Positions 30,510-39,286 of a stretch of DNA of 64,000 nucleotides are shown one piece after another. The position numbers and the translations under genes were made by a program. Source of the DNA: a phage. The DNA is taken from assembly GCA_025677605.1 (NCBI GenBank), contig GCA_025677605.1_4110.1. One strand, written 5' to 3'. Under the pieces are notes generated by a model. That model was given only the letters and a program-made list of their open reading frames with translations, searched no databases and had not been told where the DNA came from. Positions within the stretch are counted from its first letter, which is position 1. Each line of letters begins with the position of its first letter.

Positions 30510-30718
30510 AGTTTACTCCTGATGTATTTCTCAAGAGCTATTAGATACTCTTGGACATAAGATTTCTGGTGGTCAGTTCCTAAGAAGACACCCAGAAGTA
30601 ATTCTTTTTCCATAACTTTTGATAAGTATACATCATCCCTGTCTGCATATATCAGCAAGATTTCAATCTGCTTAGAATTGTAACGTTTCCTATATTGCTC
30701 TGGTGTTAATATAATCAT
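30506..30718 (-). CDS. LGT-motif family small protein
   Basis: 70 aa; VFLGTDHQKSYV. Confidence 0.55.
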   Translation of the reverse strand: MIILTPEQYRKRYNSKQIEILLIYADRDDVYLSKVMEKELLLGVFLGTDHQKSYVQEYLIALEKYIRSKL

Positions 30719-30924
30719 AGTTTACTCTTTATATCTTCAATTAAAAATCCAATACAATCATTGACATACTCTTCCTGAAAGTTAGTCCCCAGTACAGCCA
30801 ACATGCGATACTCTGCTGACCTTATCGCTCTTTCAGTTTTTGGTAAGTTACGTGGTATAGTTACCATCAATTCAAGATACTCCACCATACGACTCAATGC
30901 TTGTCTTTGTGTTATAGTTTTCAT
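30715..30924 (-). CDS. LGT-motif family small protein
   Basis: 69 aa; AVLGTNFQEEYV. Confidence 0.55.
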   Translation of the reverse strand: MKTITQRQALSRMVEYLELMVTIPRNLPKTERAIRSAEYRMLAVLGTNFQEEYVNDCIGFLIEDIKSKL

Positions 30925-31121
30925 AATTTACACCTCGCTCGTATGTCAGCTTTCAAAGATTCCAAATAGTGCGTTACCCACACTTCCTGATAGTTGGTTC
31001 CCATCGTAATCAACAGGTACAACTCAACTCTTTCTAAGTGCACATTGCTTTGGTAAATCCTTGCCGTGTTTTTACGTAGTATATGATGATATTCATCTTG
31101 GGTTAATGTACGCATTTTCAT
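30921..31121 (-). CDS. LGT-motif family small protein
   Basis: 66 aa; ITMGTNYQEVWV. Confidence 0.55.
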   Translation of the reverse strand: MKMRTLTQDEYHHILRKNTARIYQSNVHLERVELYLLITMGTNYQEVWVTHYLESLKADIRARCKL

Positions 31122-31315
31122 AGTTTACCATTTATCTCTAAACATAACTCTTTTACATATAGTTTAACATATTCATTTTGTAAGTTAGTTCCTAAGAATA
31201 GTTCCATAACTAATTCACGTTTATAGGCATTACCACGTTTATGAGACTTATACATTATCATAGCCATGTTATTGATAAGTCTTTCGTGATGCTCTTCTTG
31301 TGTTAAAATACGCAT
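31118..31315 (-). CDS. LGT-motif family small protein (first gene of array)
   Basis: 65 aa; LFLGTNLQNEYV. Confidence 0.55.
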   Translation of the reverse strand: MRILTQEEHHERLINNMAMIMYKSHKRGNAYKRELVMELFLGTNLQNEYVKLYVKELCLEINGKL

Positions 31316-31349
31316 AGGGCAAATTCCATAGGTTCATATATGAAAAAAC

Positions 31350-31378
31350 ATCATACCCCATATGAGGCATGATGTCAA
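31350..31378 (-). promoter_or_regulatory. sigma70-like promoter driving the LGT array
   Basis: minus strand TTGACA, 17 nt spacer, TATGAT; about 30 nt upstream of ATG at 31315. Confidence 0.5.
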
Positions 31379-31381
31379 GTG

Positions 31382-32203
31382 TTAAAGCTTACCCATGTAA
31401 GTAAGTTCTTCCATAATAAATTTTAGTCCAGCTTCGTCGGTGAGTTCAGTACAGCCATCTTTGATTTTAACATGTTGCATATGATTAATTAAATTAGTAT
31501 ACTTCAACATATCCTCAAGGTCAGCAGCTTCAACTGAGTTTTCAAACAGTACAGCTATGATTTCTTCAGAATCGAACCTATTGTTATATTTGAATAGTTC
31601 ACGACGATTTGTTAAATTATGAGTAACTCCGTATTTGTAAACAACTTCACTATTGTGGATGAACTTATTGACATAGAAATAAGCTTCATGCGAACCATTG
31701 AATGTCTTACGCTTATAACAATCTGGGCAGTTTGTTATATTACCATTTTCAACTATATGACACATTTTTCGTTCAAAAATACAACCACATTTACATTCAA
31801 GATTGCATGTGTAATTACCATATACTCCATGTCTATTTGATTTACCTGACGGAATATACCCATTACATCTTATATCATTTCCCTGAAATTCTAGAATGCA
31901 ATTAGCAACGTAAACTATATCTTTATCAGTATATCGTATACGAGAAATATTATTAGCTTTCATCAAATAATTAGCTGACCTTGTAAGTAAAACACCATTA
32001 TATTCATAAAGGATTGGTGTTTTATTTCCTATATATTCCGATGATTTTTTGATAGCATATCCTAAGATTTTTATCGATGTGTGTTTATTTGAAATTTCAT
32101 TTGTATAAAATTTCGGTGTTTTAATATTATGAGTGTTGTAAATTACATTTATATTTTCAGCCAACATATAATTGAATGTACGACCGCCGCGTATAATTTG
32201 CAT
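31382..32203 (-). CDS. possible GIY-YIG-like nuclease with Cys-cluster (zinc-binding) region
   Basis: 273 aa; AYFYVNKF...VVYKYGVTHNLTNRRELF resembles GIY...YIG...R pattern; CNLECKCGC...CPDC cluster; assignment tentative. Confidence 0.5.
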   Translation of the reverse strand: MQIIRGGRTFNYMLAENINVIYNTHNIKTPKFYTNEISNKHTSIKILGYAIKKSSEYIGNKTPILYEYNGVLLTRSANYLMKANNISRIRYTDKDIVYVANCILEFQGNDIRCNGYIPSGKSNRHGVYGNYTCNLECKCGCIFERKMCHIVENGNITNCPDCYKRKTFNGSHEAYFYVNKFIHNSEVVYKYGVTHNLTNRRELFKYNNRFDSEEIIAVLFENSVEAADLEDMLKYTNLINHMQHVKIKDGCTELTDEAGLKFIMEELTYMGKL

Positions 32204-32437
32204 ATTAAGTCTCCCTGATAATTGTAATTATTATATCACACATATATTTTTTATCCCATCTATGAACACATTCACACGCGACTAAGCATTAATAGCCTTT
32301 ACTTTGATAATAATATAATAACAGTCCGAAACTATTTCATACGTTATAGTGTACTGGTTAAAATAAAAAACGATGCATTTTTAAAATGCACCGATTATTT
32401 TCTGACTAATAGTTTTAGTACTGAATCATTTAATTCA

Positions 32438-32647
32438 TTAATCATTACTTACTGCAATGATAATCTGCGTATCCGCGTAGTCCTGCCAGACTTCACCGCC
32501 AGCCTTTGCCCTGGTTAGTCGTGCTGTCATCTGCTTAACAGTCTTAGGCTTTAGTGGAACCTGTTGCAGTACTGTACGCATAGCATCATCGATGTTATCG
32601 TGTACGCCTGCAATAGTACCTAGAACGCTGTATACTGTATAGATCAT
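32438..32647 (-). CDS. hypothetical small protein
   Basis: 69 aa ORF. Confidence 0.4.
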   Translation of the reverse strand: MIYTVYSVLGTIAGVHDNIDDAMRTVLQQVPLKPKTVKQMTARLTRAKAGGEVWQDYADTQIIIAVSND

Positions 32648-32715
32648 GTGTATGTACTCCTGATATAGTTAAGGCCGCTACAAGGCGGCCTATGATGTTT
32701 GGTGATGTGTAATGC

Positions 32716-33117
32716 TTACAGTCCTAAGATTGTGCGTGCTTCGTTACGCTCCTTAGTCTGCTGCATGATGTAAGCGAGCAAGTCCTTACTAATGTATCCC
32801 GTGTCCATAGCTTCACGGATGGATACATCATAAGCACCGAACCCCGTGCGAACGATACGCACATCATTCAGGTTAGTGTTATAGATACCGCCGAGATCAA
32901 CGGCTTCAAATACTGCATCAACAGTATATTCATTGTTACCATCATTGAAGTTTTCCAGTTCAATCGTATTGTTAGTTGCCCAACGTTTACAGCTTCCAAT
33001 GATGCGGCAATATTCAGGGTGCATGTGACCATTGTTTACAGCATACTCCATGCCAGCTTTACCAAAAGTCCGAGCCAGTACTAAAACGTCAGCGTAGGAA
33101 GTGATTGAGAAAGTCAT
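32716..33117 (-). CDS. hypothetical protein
   Basis: start moved to ATG at 33115-33117 (MTFSITSY) behind RBS aaggag; ORF-track extension reads into the 5' hairpin. Confidence 0.55.
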   Translation of the reverse strand: MTFSITSYADVLVLARTFGKAGMEYAVNNGHMHPEYCRIIGSCKRWATNNTIELENFNDGNNEYTVDAVFEAVDLGGIYNTNLNDVRIVRTGFGAYDVSIREAMDTGYISKDLLAYIMQQTKERNEARTILGL

Positions 33118-33136
33118 GGTAGTACTCCTTAAGTTA

Positions 33137-33160
33137 GGAGGGAGAACCATTTCCCCCCTC
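33137..33160 (-). other. GC-rich 5'-UTR stem-loop (PeSL-like)
   Basis: ggagggagaaccatttcccccctc between promoter and RBS. Confidence 0.5.
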
Positions 33161-33172
33161 TCTATGTAAAAC

Positions 33173-33200
33173 ATTATACACTTTACTAAGTACTATGCAA
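33173..33200 (-). promoter_or_regulatory. sigma70-like early promoter
   Basis: minus strand TTGCAT, 16 nt spacer, TATAAT. Confidence 0.55.
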
Positions 33201-33207
33201 GTACTTT

Positions 33208-33540
33208 TTACATTTTAATACCTGGATTCAGGTAGCGGTGAGATCCATATTCTGGATCGGTTTCGGTCCAGTACTGTAAATCGATAGTACCTTTAGCGTT
33301 AATCTTGTCTACCAGCTTATTCATCTTAGCGTATACTACGTCCGCATCGATGCGTTTAAAGCCAGTAGCTTTAGTGTAGTAGTAGTGATTTGCTTCACTA
33401 TCATTGAGGATATACCGAGCACCGTTTGCAGTTTGTGCGATAATGATTGAGTATTCTACTTCCCGATCCAGCCCGTCAATGAATACAGATGAAACATTGG
33501 TACGGATGAAAGCGTTTACGATAGCGATTGAAGTACTCAT
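33208..33540 (-). CDS. hypothetical protein
   Basis: 110 aa; ATG at 33538-33540 preceded by RBS aggag. Confidence 0.55.
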   Translation of the reverse strand: MSTSIAIVNAFIRTNVSSVFIDGLDREVEYSIIIAQTANGARYILNDSEANHYYYTKATGFKRIDADVVYAKMNKLVDKINAKGTIDLQYWTETDPEYGSHRYLNPGIKM

Positions 33541-33689
33541 TTTGAATCTCCTAACTTTGTGGACCGTCGCACCATTGCCGCCCTACGAGATACATTATTG
33601 CAGTACTGCTATACTTTGTCAATAGTTTTTTATTAATAGTTTTCACTCCACCAGCAGATAGTTACTCACCGTTATTAACTATATATTTT

Positions 33690-33730
33690 AGATACACCTA
33701 TGCACCCGGTGGGCTAGTTTTTGTCTATGC
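33690..33730 (-). repeat. conserved noncoding element (CCCACCGGGTGC core), copy 1
   Basis: atgcacccggtgggctag; follows a promoter-in-terminator on the minus strand. Confidence 0.5.
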
Positions 33731-33742
33731 GTATATAATAGC

Positions 33743-33774
33743 AAAGGGACTGACCGGAGTCAATCCCTTTTTTT
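33743..33774 (-). terminator. terminator hairpin with embedded -35/-10
   Basis: aaagggactgaccggagtcaatcccttttttt; stem contains TTGACT and is followed by TATTAT on the minus strand. Confidence 0.45.
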
Positions 33775-33785
33775 ATTCTTTTTTG

Positions 33786-33986
33786 TTAGATGATCTTCCA
33801 ATCTTCCACGATCATTGTAAGATACCGAACCATCGATTCGAGTGATTCGAATTCACGATAATCTGTCGCCCCACCAGCGGTACAAGTACAGCCGATTAAG
33901 CCGGATTGTAGTTCCTGGATCTTTACGTCGATCAGGTTAGCTTTAGCATCTTTCAGTACTTCAACCAGGGCGATAGCGATAGACAT
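33786..33986 (-). CDS. hypothetical small protein
   Basis: 66 aa; ATG at 33984-33986 with RBS ggag. Confidence 0.5.
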   Translation of the reverse strand: MSIAIALVEVLKDAKANLIDVKIQELQSGLIGCTCTAGGATDYREFESLESMVRYLTMIVEDWKII

Positions 33987-34075
33987 AATGTTTTACTCCA
34001 AACTATTGGCGGGAGAACTATTCCCCCGCTCTATGTAAAACATTATACACTATATGATAGTACTGTCAAATAGTT

Positions 34076-34333
34076 TTATGAGATATCCTCGATATAGTCG
34101 GCCCATTTCATTTTTTCAGTACTGTCAAGTGCAATCGGATTGTTAGGATCAAACCATTCACCATTACCGCAATACATCCCCACGGCAACGGTTTTATATC
34201 CATCCTGGGCCGTATTCCATGCAAGGCCACGATAGATACGGCCTTTAACTGGTTGCAGTACTGGTAACGTTTTATGGTCTTCTACGTAGGCCATAGCTTG
34301 AGGATTTACCCGATATTGTGTGAATTGTTCCAT
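34076..34333 (-). CDS. hypothetical protein (paralog of 34416..34682)
   Basis: start moved to MEQFTQ (ATG 34331-34333); shares LPxxxPxxG...Y...W...G-G-W-DP-PI with neighbour. Confidence 0.55.
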   Translation of the reverse strand: MEQFTQYRVNPQAMAYVEDHKTLPVLQPVKGRIYRGLAWNTAQDGYKTVAVGMYCGNGEWFDPNNPIALDSTEKMKWADYIEDIS

Positions 34334-34415
34334 GATGTTTCCCCTTTTAATATTGGGGGAGGATATCTCCCCTATGCAAAACATTATACACTATCAGTTA
34401 GTACTGTCAATACTA

Positions 34416-34682
34416 TCAATTAAATTTAGGATGTATTTCAATGTAGTCACAATAAGGAAAATATTCAATATAACGCGTAGTGATTGGATGTAACGGATCG
34501 GACCATACACCGTCACCCTCATAGCGTGCTATTGGGCCTTTTAAGTACTTTTGTTGTTTCCTTGACCAGTATATGGATTGATAGACTACACCAACGGCAG
34601 GAACAACGAGCGGGAGCATAGAGTGATCTAATACAACGGATTGATAATTTTTATTATAGCGATATGTTGTTTTCTTTTTCAT
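34416..34682 (-). CDS. hypothetical protein (paralog of 34076..34333)
   Basis: 88 aa; GDGVWSDPLHPI matches GNGEWFDPNNPI in neighbour. Confidence 0.55.
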   Translation of the reverse strand: MKKKTTYRYNKNYQSVVLDHSMLPLVVPAVGVVYQSIYWSRKQQKYLKGPIARYEGDGVWSDPLHPITTRYIEYFPYCDYIEIHPKFN

Positions 34683-34734
34683 TGTTAACCTATTATAGAA
34701 ATTATTAAGGGGATATTATCATCCCCTTTTATTG

Positions 34735-34959
34735 TTATACTAGATTATTTAATCCTCTTATGGTTGATGCTTTTTCTTCTTTCTCCCATTGGCGGTAATA
34801 CTTCCATGCTTCGTGATAGGTGGCGATCAGTTTATCTTTCTCTTCCTGGGGGCTATTCAGGAATGTATCCCGATAATCAGTACTATAGATTACATCGAAT
34901 GGTTTTTTCTCAAAGGCCAGGTCTGCAACTACTGATTCAAGTACTTCGTATGTGGTCAT
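34735..34959 (-). CDS. hypothetical small protein
   Basis: 74 aa; RBS aaaggtg before ATG at 34957-34959; PeSL-like hairpin upstream. Confidence 0.5.
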   Translation of the reverse strand: MTTYEVLESVVADLAFEKKPFDVIYSTDYRDTFLNSPQEEKDKLIATYHEAWKYYRQWEKEEKASTIRGLNNLV

Positions 34960-35026
34960 GATATTACACCTTTTAGTGGGGGAGGATATCTCCCCCTATG
35001 CAAAACATTATACTTTGTTTTACTTA

Positions 35027-35290
35027 CTATGCAAGTACTTTTTTCATATAAAGGTTATATTCTACACCGCCGTAACCTTCTACGATGATATGTTTTGCGT
35101 TATCACGTTTGCACATAGTGAAACCGTTGTTGATGTGTTCTGCATTTTCCAGGGATACATCACCGATAGCGGCACATACAGCACTTATAACAGTATTCCG
35201 CAAAGTACTGGTATCGTTAGCGGTCATAGTAGTTTGCAGTACTACGTTGTCGTATACGTGTGCATTGATAGTGATTTCGATAGTGTTCAT
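35027..35290 (-). CDS. hypothetical protein
   Basis: 87 aa; RBS aggag before ATG 35288-35290. Confidence 0.55.
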   Translation of the reverse strand: MNTIEITINAHVYDNVVLQTTMTANDTSTLRNTVISAVCAAIGDVSLENAEHINNGFTMCKRDNAKHIIVEGYGGVEYNLYMKKVLA

Positions 35291-35376
35291 GGTGTATCTC
35301 CTGGACTTGAGGGGAAACCATTTCCCCTCTCGATATAAAACATTATACGTTAATCTAACTACAATGCAAGTACTTT

Positions 35377-35568
35377 TTAAATTTTATTTCCGATATAGTC
35401 CGGCCTATTCTTTTCAGTCATACGCTTTGCTAATGTTTGTATATGGCTTATCGCGTTTAAGGTGTCTTCCTCCAGGGATGAATCAACATAATCAGGATCA
35501 TTCTTAACCTTGCAATGATTATGATAGCGTAGTACTGCAAGTACTTTTTTAACTTCTTCAACTGTCAT
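35377..35568 (-). CDS. hypothetical small protein
   Basis: 63 aa; coupled to 35565..35837. Confidence 0.45.
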   Translation of the reverse strand: MTVEEVKKVLAVLRYHNHCKVKNDPDYVDSSLEEDTLNAISHIQTLAKRMTEKNRPDYIGNKI

Positions 35569-35837
35569 AATAAGTATTCCACTTCGTTAGCTTTCAGGTT
35601 AGTATCAATCATTAGTGGATTTTTGTAGTCCACAAAACGTTTAGTTTTCTCGATAGCGAAGCCCATATAATCCATCTTGCTTACAGTGCATTCATTCTTA
35701 AAAACTTCTTTCGCTGCATTGATGGCTGATTCCATTGATAACCGACCATCTAAGTTAATATTTCCAAATGATCCACCAGCAGAAGTAGGATTACCGTTCA
35801 TATCTTTAATGATCATAGTAGCGGAGTAGCTAGACAT
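35565..35837 (-). CDS. hypothetical protein
   Basis: 90 aa; ATG 35835-35837, RBS aaaggaaa. Confidence 0.55.
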   Translation of the reverse strand: MSSYSATMIIKDMNGNPTSAGGSFGNINLDGRLSMESAINAAKEVFKNECTVSKMDYMGFAIEKTKRFVDYKNPLMIDTNLKANEVEYLL

Positions 35838-35859
35838 AATTTTGTTTCCTTTTATTGGT

Positions 35860-35878
35860 GGGGAGAACTATTCTCCCC
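35860..35878 (-). other. GC-rich 5'-UTR stem-loop (PeSL-like)
   Basis: GGGGAGA-actat-TCTCCCC perfect 7-bp stem. Confidence 0.6.
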
Positions 35879-35890
35879 TTGATGTAAACT

Positions 35891-35918
35891 ATTATACAGT
35901 ACTGATATACTTTGTCAA
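35891..35918 (-). promoter_or_regulatory. sigma70-like early promoter
   Basis: minus strand TTGACA, 16 nt spacer, TATAAT. Confidence 0.6.
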
Positions 35919-35924
35919 GTACTT

Positions 35925-36329
35925 TTATTCGCCCATATAGATTAGATTATCATCGCCCACATAGGGATCGCAAACGTTGATTTCTTCGCAGTACTTAGTG
36001 AATACATCGTCATAGTGACCGATATCACGATCCCAAAAGCCAGTACCGTGACCTTCGCGAGTAAGAAAGAGATCATGACCTGCATGATTATAAGTATAAT
36101 CAGGATTATGGTGTTTTTGTACTGCTTCCATTTCATTACTAAACTTTTCAAGGAAACGAGAACATGCAATCACCGCCGCTTGATGGGCTTGCTCTGATAA
36201 TTCGTAATCTTCCAGGTAGTCGCCGTTCTCATTGTGTACAGTACTGAATTGCATAGCTTCAATGTAACCAGCGACCATAGCAGCATGATTTTTATCGTTG
36301 GCGATGTTCCGGGCTTGATTAGTAGTCAT
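35925..36329 (-). CDS. hypothetical protein
   Basis: 134 aa; ATG 36327-36329; PeSL upstream. Confidence 0.55.
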   Translation of the reverse strand: MTTNQARNIANDKNHAAMVAGYIEAMQFSTVHNENGDYLEDYELSEQAHQAAVIACSRFLEKFSNEMEAVQKHHNPDYTYNHAGHDLFLTREGHGTGFWDRDIGHYDDVFTKYCEEINVCDPYVGDDNLIYMGE

Positions 36330-36410
36330 GATTTTATTCCTTTGTGCTGGGGAGAACTATTCTCCCCTTGATGAAAACTATTATACAGTACTAAGATACT
36401 TTGTCAATAC

Positions 36411-36632
36411 TTAATTACGTTTAAAATGATATGTGCCTTTATCATCCTGTACGCCCCATACTGATTTACCATCAACACCAGTGAAGCCGGATTGTAATTC
36501 AATATGGAAACCATTATTATCAACTACAAAAACTTTTTTATTTTCATCCCGATAACATTGATATTCTGAATCAACATTAAAGGCCGCATCATTCAGAAGA
36601 TTGGAAGCGTAAATGCAAGTCATTGTAGTCAT
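36411..36632 (-). CDS. hypothetical small protein
   Basis: start moved to MTTMTC (ATG 36630-36632) after RBS aagga. Confidence 0.5.
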   Translation of the reverse strand: MTTMTCIYASNLLNDAAFNVDSEYQCYRDENKKVFVVDNNGFHIELQSGFTGVDGKSVWGVQDDKGTYHFKRN

Positions 36633-36684
36633 GATTTTATTCCTTATTACCAGGGAGAACCGTTCCCCCCTCTCGATATAAAAC

Positions 36685-36712
36685 ATTATACTTGATTCTA
36701 AGTACAATGCAA
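36685..36712 (-). promoter_or_regulatory. sigma70-like early promoter
   Basis: minus strand TTGCAT, 16 nt spacer, TATAAT, followed by GC-rich hairpin 36651-36672. Confidence 0.55.
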
Positions 36713-36757
36713 GTACTTTTTAAAAATAGTTTTCAGTACTGACAATACTTATATTAT

Positions 36758-36800
36758 AGATACACTTATGCACCCTATGGGTCAGTGAGTTATCTCTCAA
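36758..36800 (-). repeat. conserved noncoding element, copy 2
   Basis: atgcaccctatgggtcag then terminator-like hairpin 36816-36846. Confidence 0.45.
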
Positions 36801-36854
36801 TGACTATATAATAGCAAAGGGACTGACTGGAGTCAATCCCTTTTTTAATCTTTT

Positions 36855-37439
36855 TTATCGTGTTATAGTTACGGCTTTTACGTCGCGTTGTTTATAGTAC
36901 TGATTCCAGATATTGCGGGTTAAACCGTAATCAAGTACTTTAATCAGGCCATTGCGATCTTGGCCTATGTTCTGCTTTCTGATATCTCTTATCGTTAGTG
37001 TTGATAAGGTATCATCAACGTGTTGTAGTGCATCAGCGAAATGGTGTTGGCGTTCAATAGTGTTACGTTTGACATTGTACTTTAATTCATTGCAAGCGTT
37101 AACGTGCTTTACACTGCCTTTGCTTGCAGTACTCAAACGATCCATAACAATAAACATATTATCAGGATCGCTTAAATGCATATGCACCTTAGCAAAGTAC
37201 TGTTTAAGGTGAGGGCGGTCATAATCTAAAAAATTCCATACCTTACATTCTGTTTCATTTTGTTCTACGCCAGCGTCACAATTAGCGACCTTAATCACTA
37301 ACCGATCATTTAAAGCGAATACGATACGGGATGATCCGGCCCCGATGATCTCCAGACCAGCCAACCGACAAGCTGTAAGGATCTCTTTGTTAGTTTCCAT
37401 TTCTGCCAGTGTACGGATGAATTTAGTATAATTACGCAT
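36855..37439 (-). CDS. minimal protein kinase-like protein (ePK-like fold, tentative)
   Basis: 194 aa; IGAGSSRIVF (Gly loop), VIKV (Lys), DIRKQNIG (catalytic-loop-like), KVLDYG (DFG-like). Confidence 0.45.
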   Translation of the reverse strand: MRNYTKFIRTLAEMETNKEILTACRLAGLEIIGAGSSRIVFALNDRLVIKVANCDAGVEQNETECKVWNFLDYDRPHLKQYFAKVHMHLSDPDNMFIVMDRLSTASKGSVKHVNACNELKYNVKRNTIERQHHFADALQHVDDTLSTLTIRDIRKQNIGQDRNGLIKVLDYGLTRNIWNQYYKQRDVKAVTITR

Positions 37440-37508
37440 TGCATTTACTCTTTAAGATAGCAGGGAGGTATTCCCTGCCTTGATGTGACTATTATATGTT
37501 AGTACTAA

Positions 37509-37736
37509 TTAGATTGCAACAGTTTTATTTGCAATTACAGAATGAATTGCGGTTTTACCTGATTTAGTACTGAATACATTAGCACGACCATTTTCAATAG
37601 TGATGCGGTATTCACCTTTACTATCAATGAGGTTGATAAATTCAGGAGTACTAAACCGAGTTACTTTAAAAGTCAGTACATTGAGTAGGTCCACCAGCGT
37701 AGTAGTTTCTTTGATGCGTTCTAAGATATTAATCAT
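37509..37736 (-). CDS. hypothetical small protein
   Basis: 75 aa; ATG 37734-37736; upstream 60-bp unit repeated before next gene. Confidence 0.5.
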   Translation of the reverse strand: MINILERIKETTTLVDLLNVLTFKVTRFSTPEFINLIDSKGEYRITIENGRANVFSTKSGKTAIHSVIANKTVAI

Positions 37737-37794
37737 TTTGTTTCTCCCCGTGTTGGTATAGATACATAGTACTAAAACAATTGAGTACTGTCAA

Positions 37795-38013
37795 TTAGAT
37801 AATTGCATATTTCTTTAAAGATAATGCGTCTTGTGTTGGCTGATACTCGATACCGTTACCGTTATCTACTTTAACTAATAAACCTTTGTCAATTAGTTTT
37901 TTAATAGTCCGTTGGCCTTGTTGAAAATTGGTAAAATGTGAATCATTACGAAAGGTATAACCGTGCTTAACTGCTTCATCAATAGTTTTCTTTTCGATTT
38001 TAGATAATTTCAT
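37795..38013 (-). CDS. hypothetical small protein
   Basis: start moved to MKLSKIEKK (ATG 38011-38013); same upstream unit as 37509..37736. Confidence 0.5.
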   Translation of the reverse strand: MKLSKIEKKTIDEAVKHGYTFRNDSHFTNFQQGQRTIKKLIDKGLLVKVDNGNGIEYQPTQDALSLKKYAII

Positions 38014-38066
38014 TTTGTTTCTCCCGTGTTGGTATAGATACATAGTACTAAAACAATTGAGTACTG

Positions 38067-38321
38067 TCAACGTGATATTAGTTTTATTTTCTTATTATAT
38101 TGTTGGTGTTCATATAGGTTTATCTTTCCTGTATTCTCGATTACTATTCTGTTGTTGGTGTCCACGTCGATTACACGCAGTTTGCCGTTGCTTAACTTCC
38201 TGGGCAATAGATTACCATTAATAAACTCATTAGCAAGCTGTACGGCCTTTGTGATGATTCTCTGTGGTGCTTTATAGTGTACCCGCAAGATATTATCTTT
38301 TGATAGTTGAACCTTAATCAT
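38067..38321 (-). CDS. hypothetical small protein
   Basis: 84 aa; ATG 38319-38321. Confidence 0.5.
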   Translation of the reverse strand: MIKVQLSKDNILRVHYKAPQRIITKAVQLANEFINGNLLPRKLSNGKLRVIDVDTNNRIVIENTGKINLYEHQQYNKKIKLISR

Positions 38322-38383
38322 TTTAGTTTATCCTATAAAAAAGGCGGGAACTGATCCCGCCGTGTTGTTAGTACTGCAAGTTA

Positions 38384-38779
38384 TTAGATAACCTGGCGGC
38401 GTTTACTGTATACGGTAACACGGTTTCCCTTACGGTCATGACGGATCTCTCGTTTGTTGCGAATCAGTTCACTTGGACGCTTCAGGTTTACCAGGTGATC
38501 CGCGTGAGTCCATGCATTCGAATTTACCTGTACTTTAATATCAGAACCAGCGATAAATTCATCTTGAGCGTTAAGTACTGCTGACAGTTCATCAGCTTTC
38601 TTCTGTTCTGCTGCTGTCAGTACTGGCTCCGGTGAATTCACAATATCAGAGATTTCTTTGAACTGTACGGCCCAGCGTTGACCTTTCGGTGCGGTCGTGC
38701 CCATGTCTTTAAATGCTGCTCCTTCCTCGCGTGCAACAATACGGGCAGCTTCACGGGTAGCGTAGAATTTAGTAATCAT
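38384..38779 (-). CDS. hypothetical protein (paralog of 50198..50464)
   Basis: FATRExAR...FKDMG...RWAV and C-terminal RHDRKGNRVTVYS shared with 50198 gene; start at MITKFY. Confidence 0.55.
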   Translation of the reverse strand: MITKFYATREAARIVAREEGAAFKDMGTTAPKGQRWAVQFKEISDIVNSPEPVLTAAEQKKADELSAVLNAQDEFIAGSDIKVQVNSNAWTHADHLVNLKRPSELIRNKREIRHDRKGNRVTVYSKRRQVI

Positions 38780-38874
38780 GGTATACATCCTATTAGTTAA
38801 GTTAGTACTACAAGTTAGAGTCTATTATAAAGTACTATCTGGGCAATGTCAAATAGTACTTTAAATGGATTCTA

Positions 38875-39198
38875 TTACATATCTTTCTTACGTTTTACAT
38901 CGTTGTAGCGAACTGTGATTTCTTTGTTGATCTCTTTCTCAATGTGGTGAATAACTTTTTCTTTCGGGTTGAAACCTATAACCGTTTCTTTAATGATCTC
39001 CAAGCCCGTGTATTCGCCTTGTGTACCGTAACCGTAAGTAAAGGTTTCATGTCCCAGGTCTTCCCAGCGGTCGCCAATCAACGCAGACACGTAGCAAGAG
39101 TGGTAAGTATTGCCGTGTGAATCAGTCCACCGATTAACTTTAATGTCAAAGGATGTTACAATTTTCAGTTCTACTTTCTGGGTAAGGATCATAGCCAT
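38875..39198 (-). CDS. hypothetical protein (paralog of 44672..45016)
   Basis: 107 aa; GNTY...YGYG...DVKRKKD shared. Confidence 0.55.
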   Translation of the reverse strand: MAMILTQKVELKIVTSFDIKVNRWTDSHGNTYHSCYVSALIGDRWEDLGHETFTYGYGTQGEYTGLEIIKETVIGFNPKEKVIHHIEKEINKEITVRYNDVKRKKDM

Positions 39199-39286
39199 TT
39201 TTATTTCTCTCTTTTAGTTAGGAGGGGAACCGTTTCCCCTCACTCGATGTAAACTATTATACAGTACTAAGATACTTTGTCAATAC

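Noticed and set aside
26949-31315. Regular about 215-bp periodicity that could be mistaken for a CRISPR or other repeat array
   Set aside because: The units are protein-coding paralogs with divergent sequences, not short identical direct repeats separated by unique spacers; no CRISPR-like repeats were seen anywhere in the window.
32716-36707. N-terminal extensions such as MFYIERGE... shared by ORF-track entries 32716..33174 and 36411..36707
   Set aside because: These are read-through translations of the conserved 5' hairpin and promoter DNA upstream of the real RBS and ATG; starts were moved downstream.
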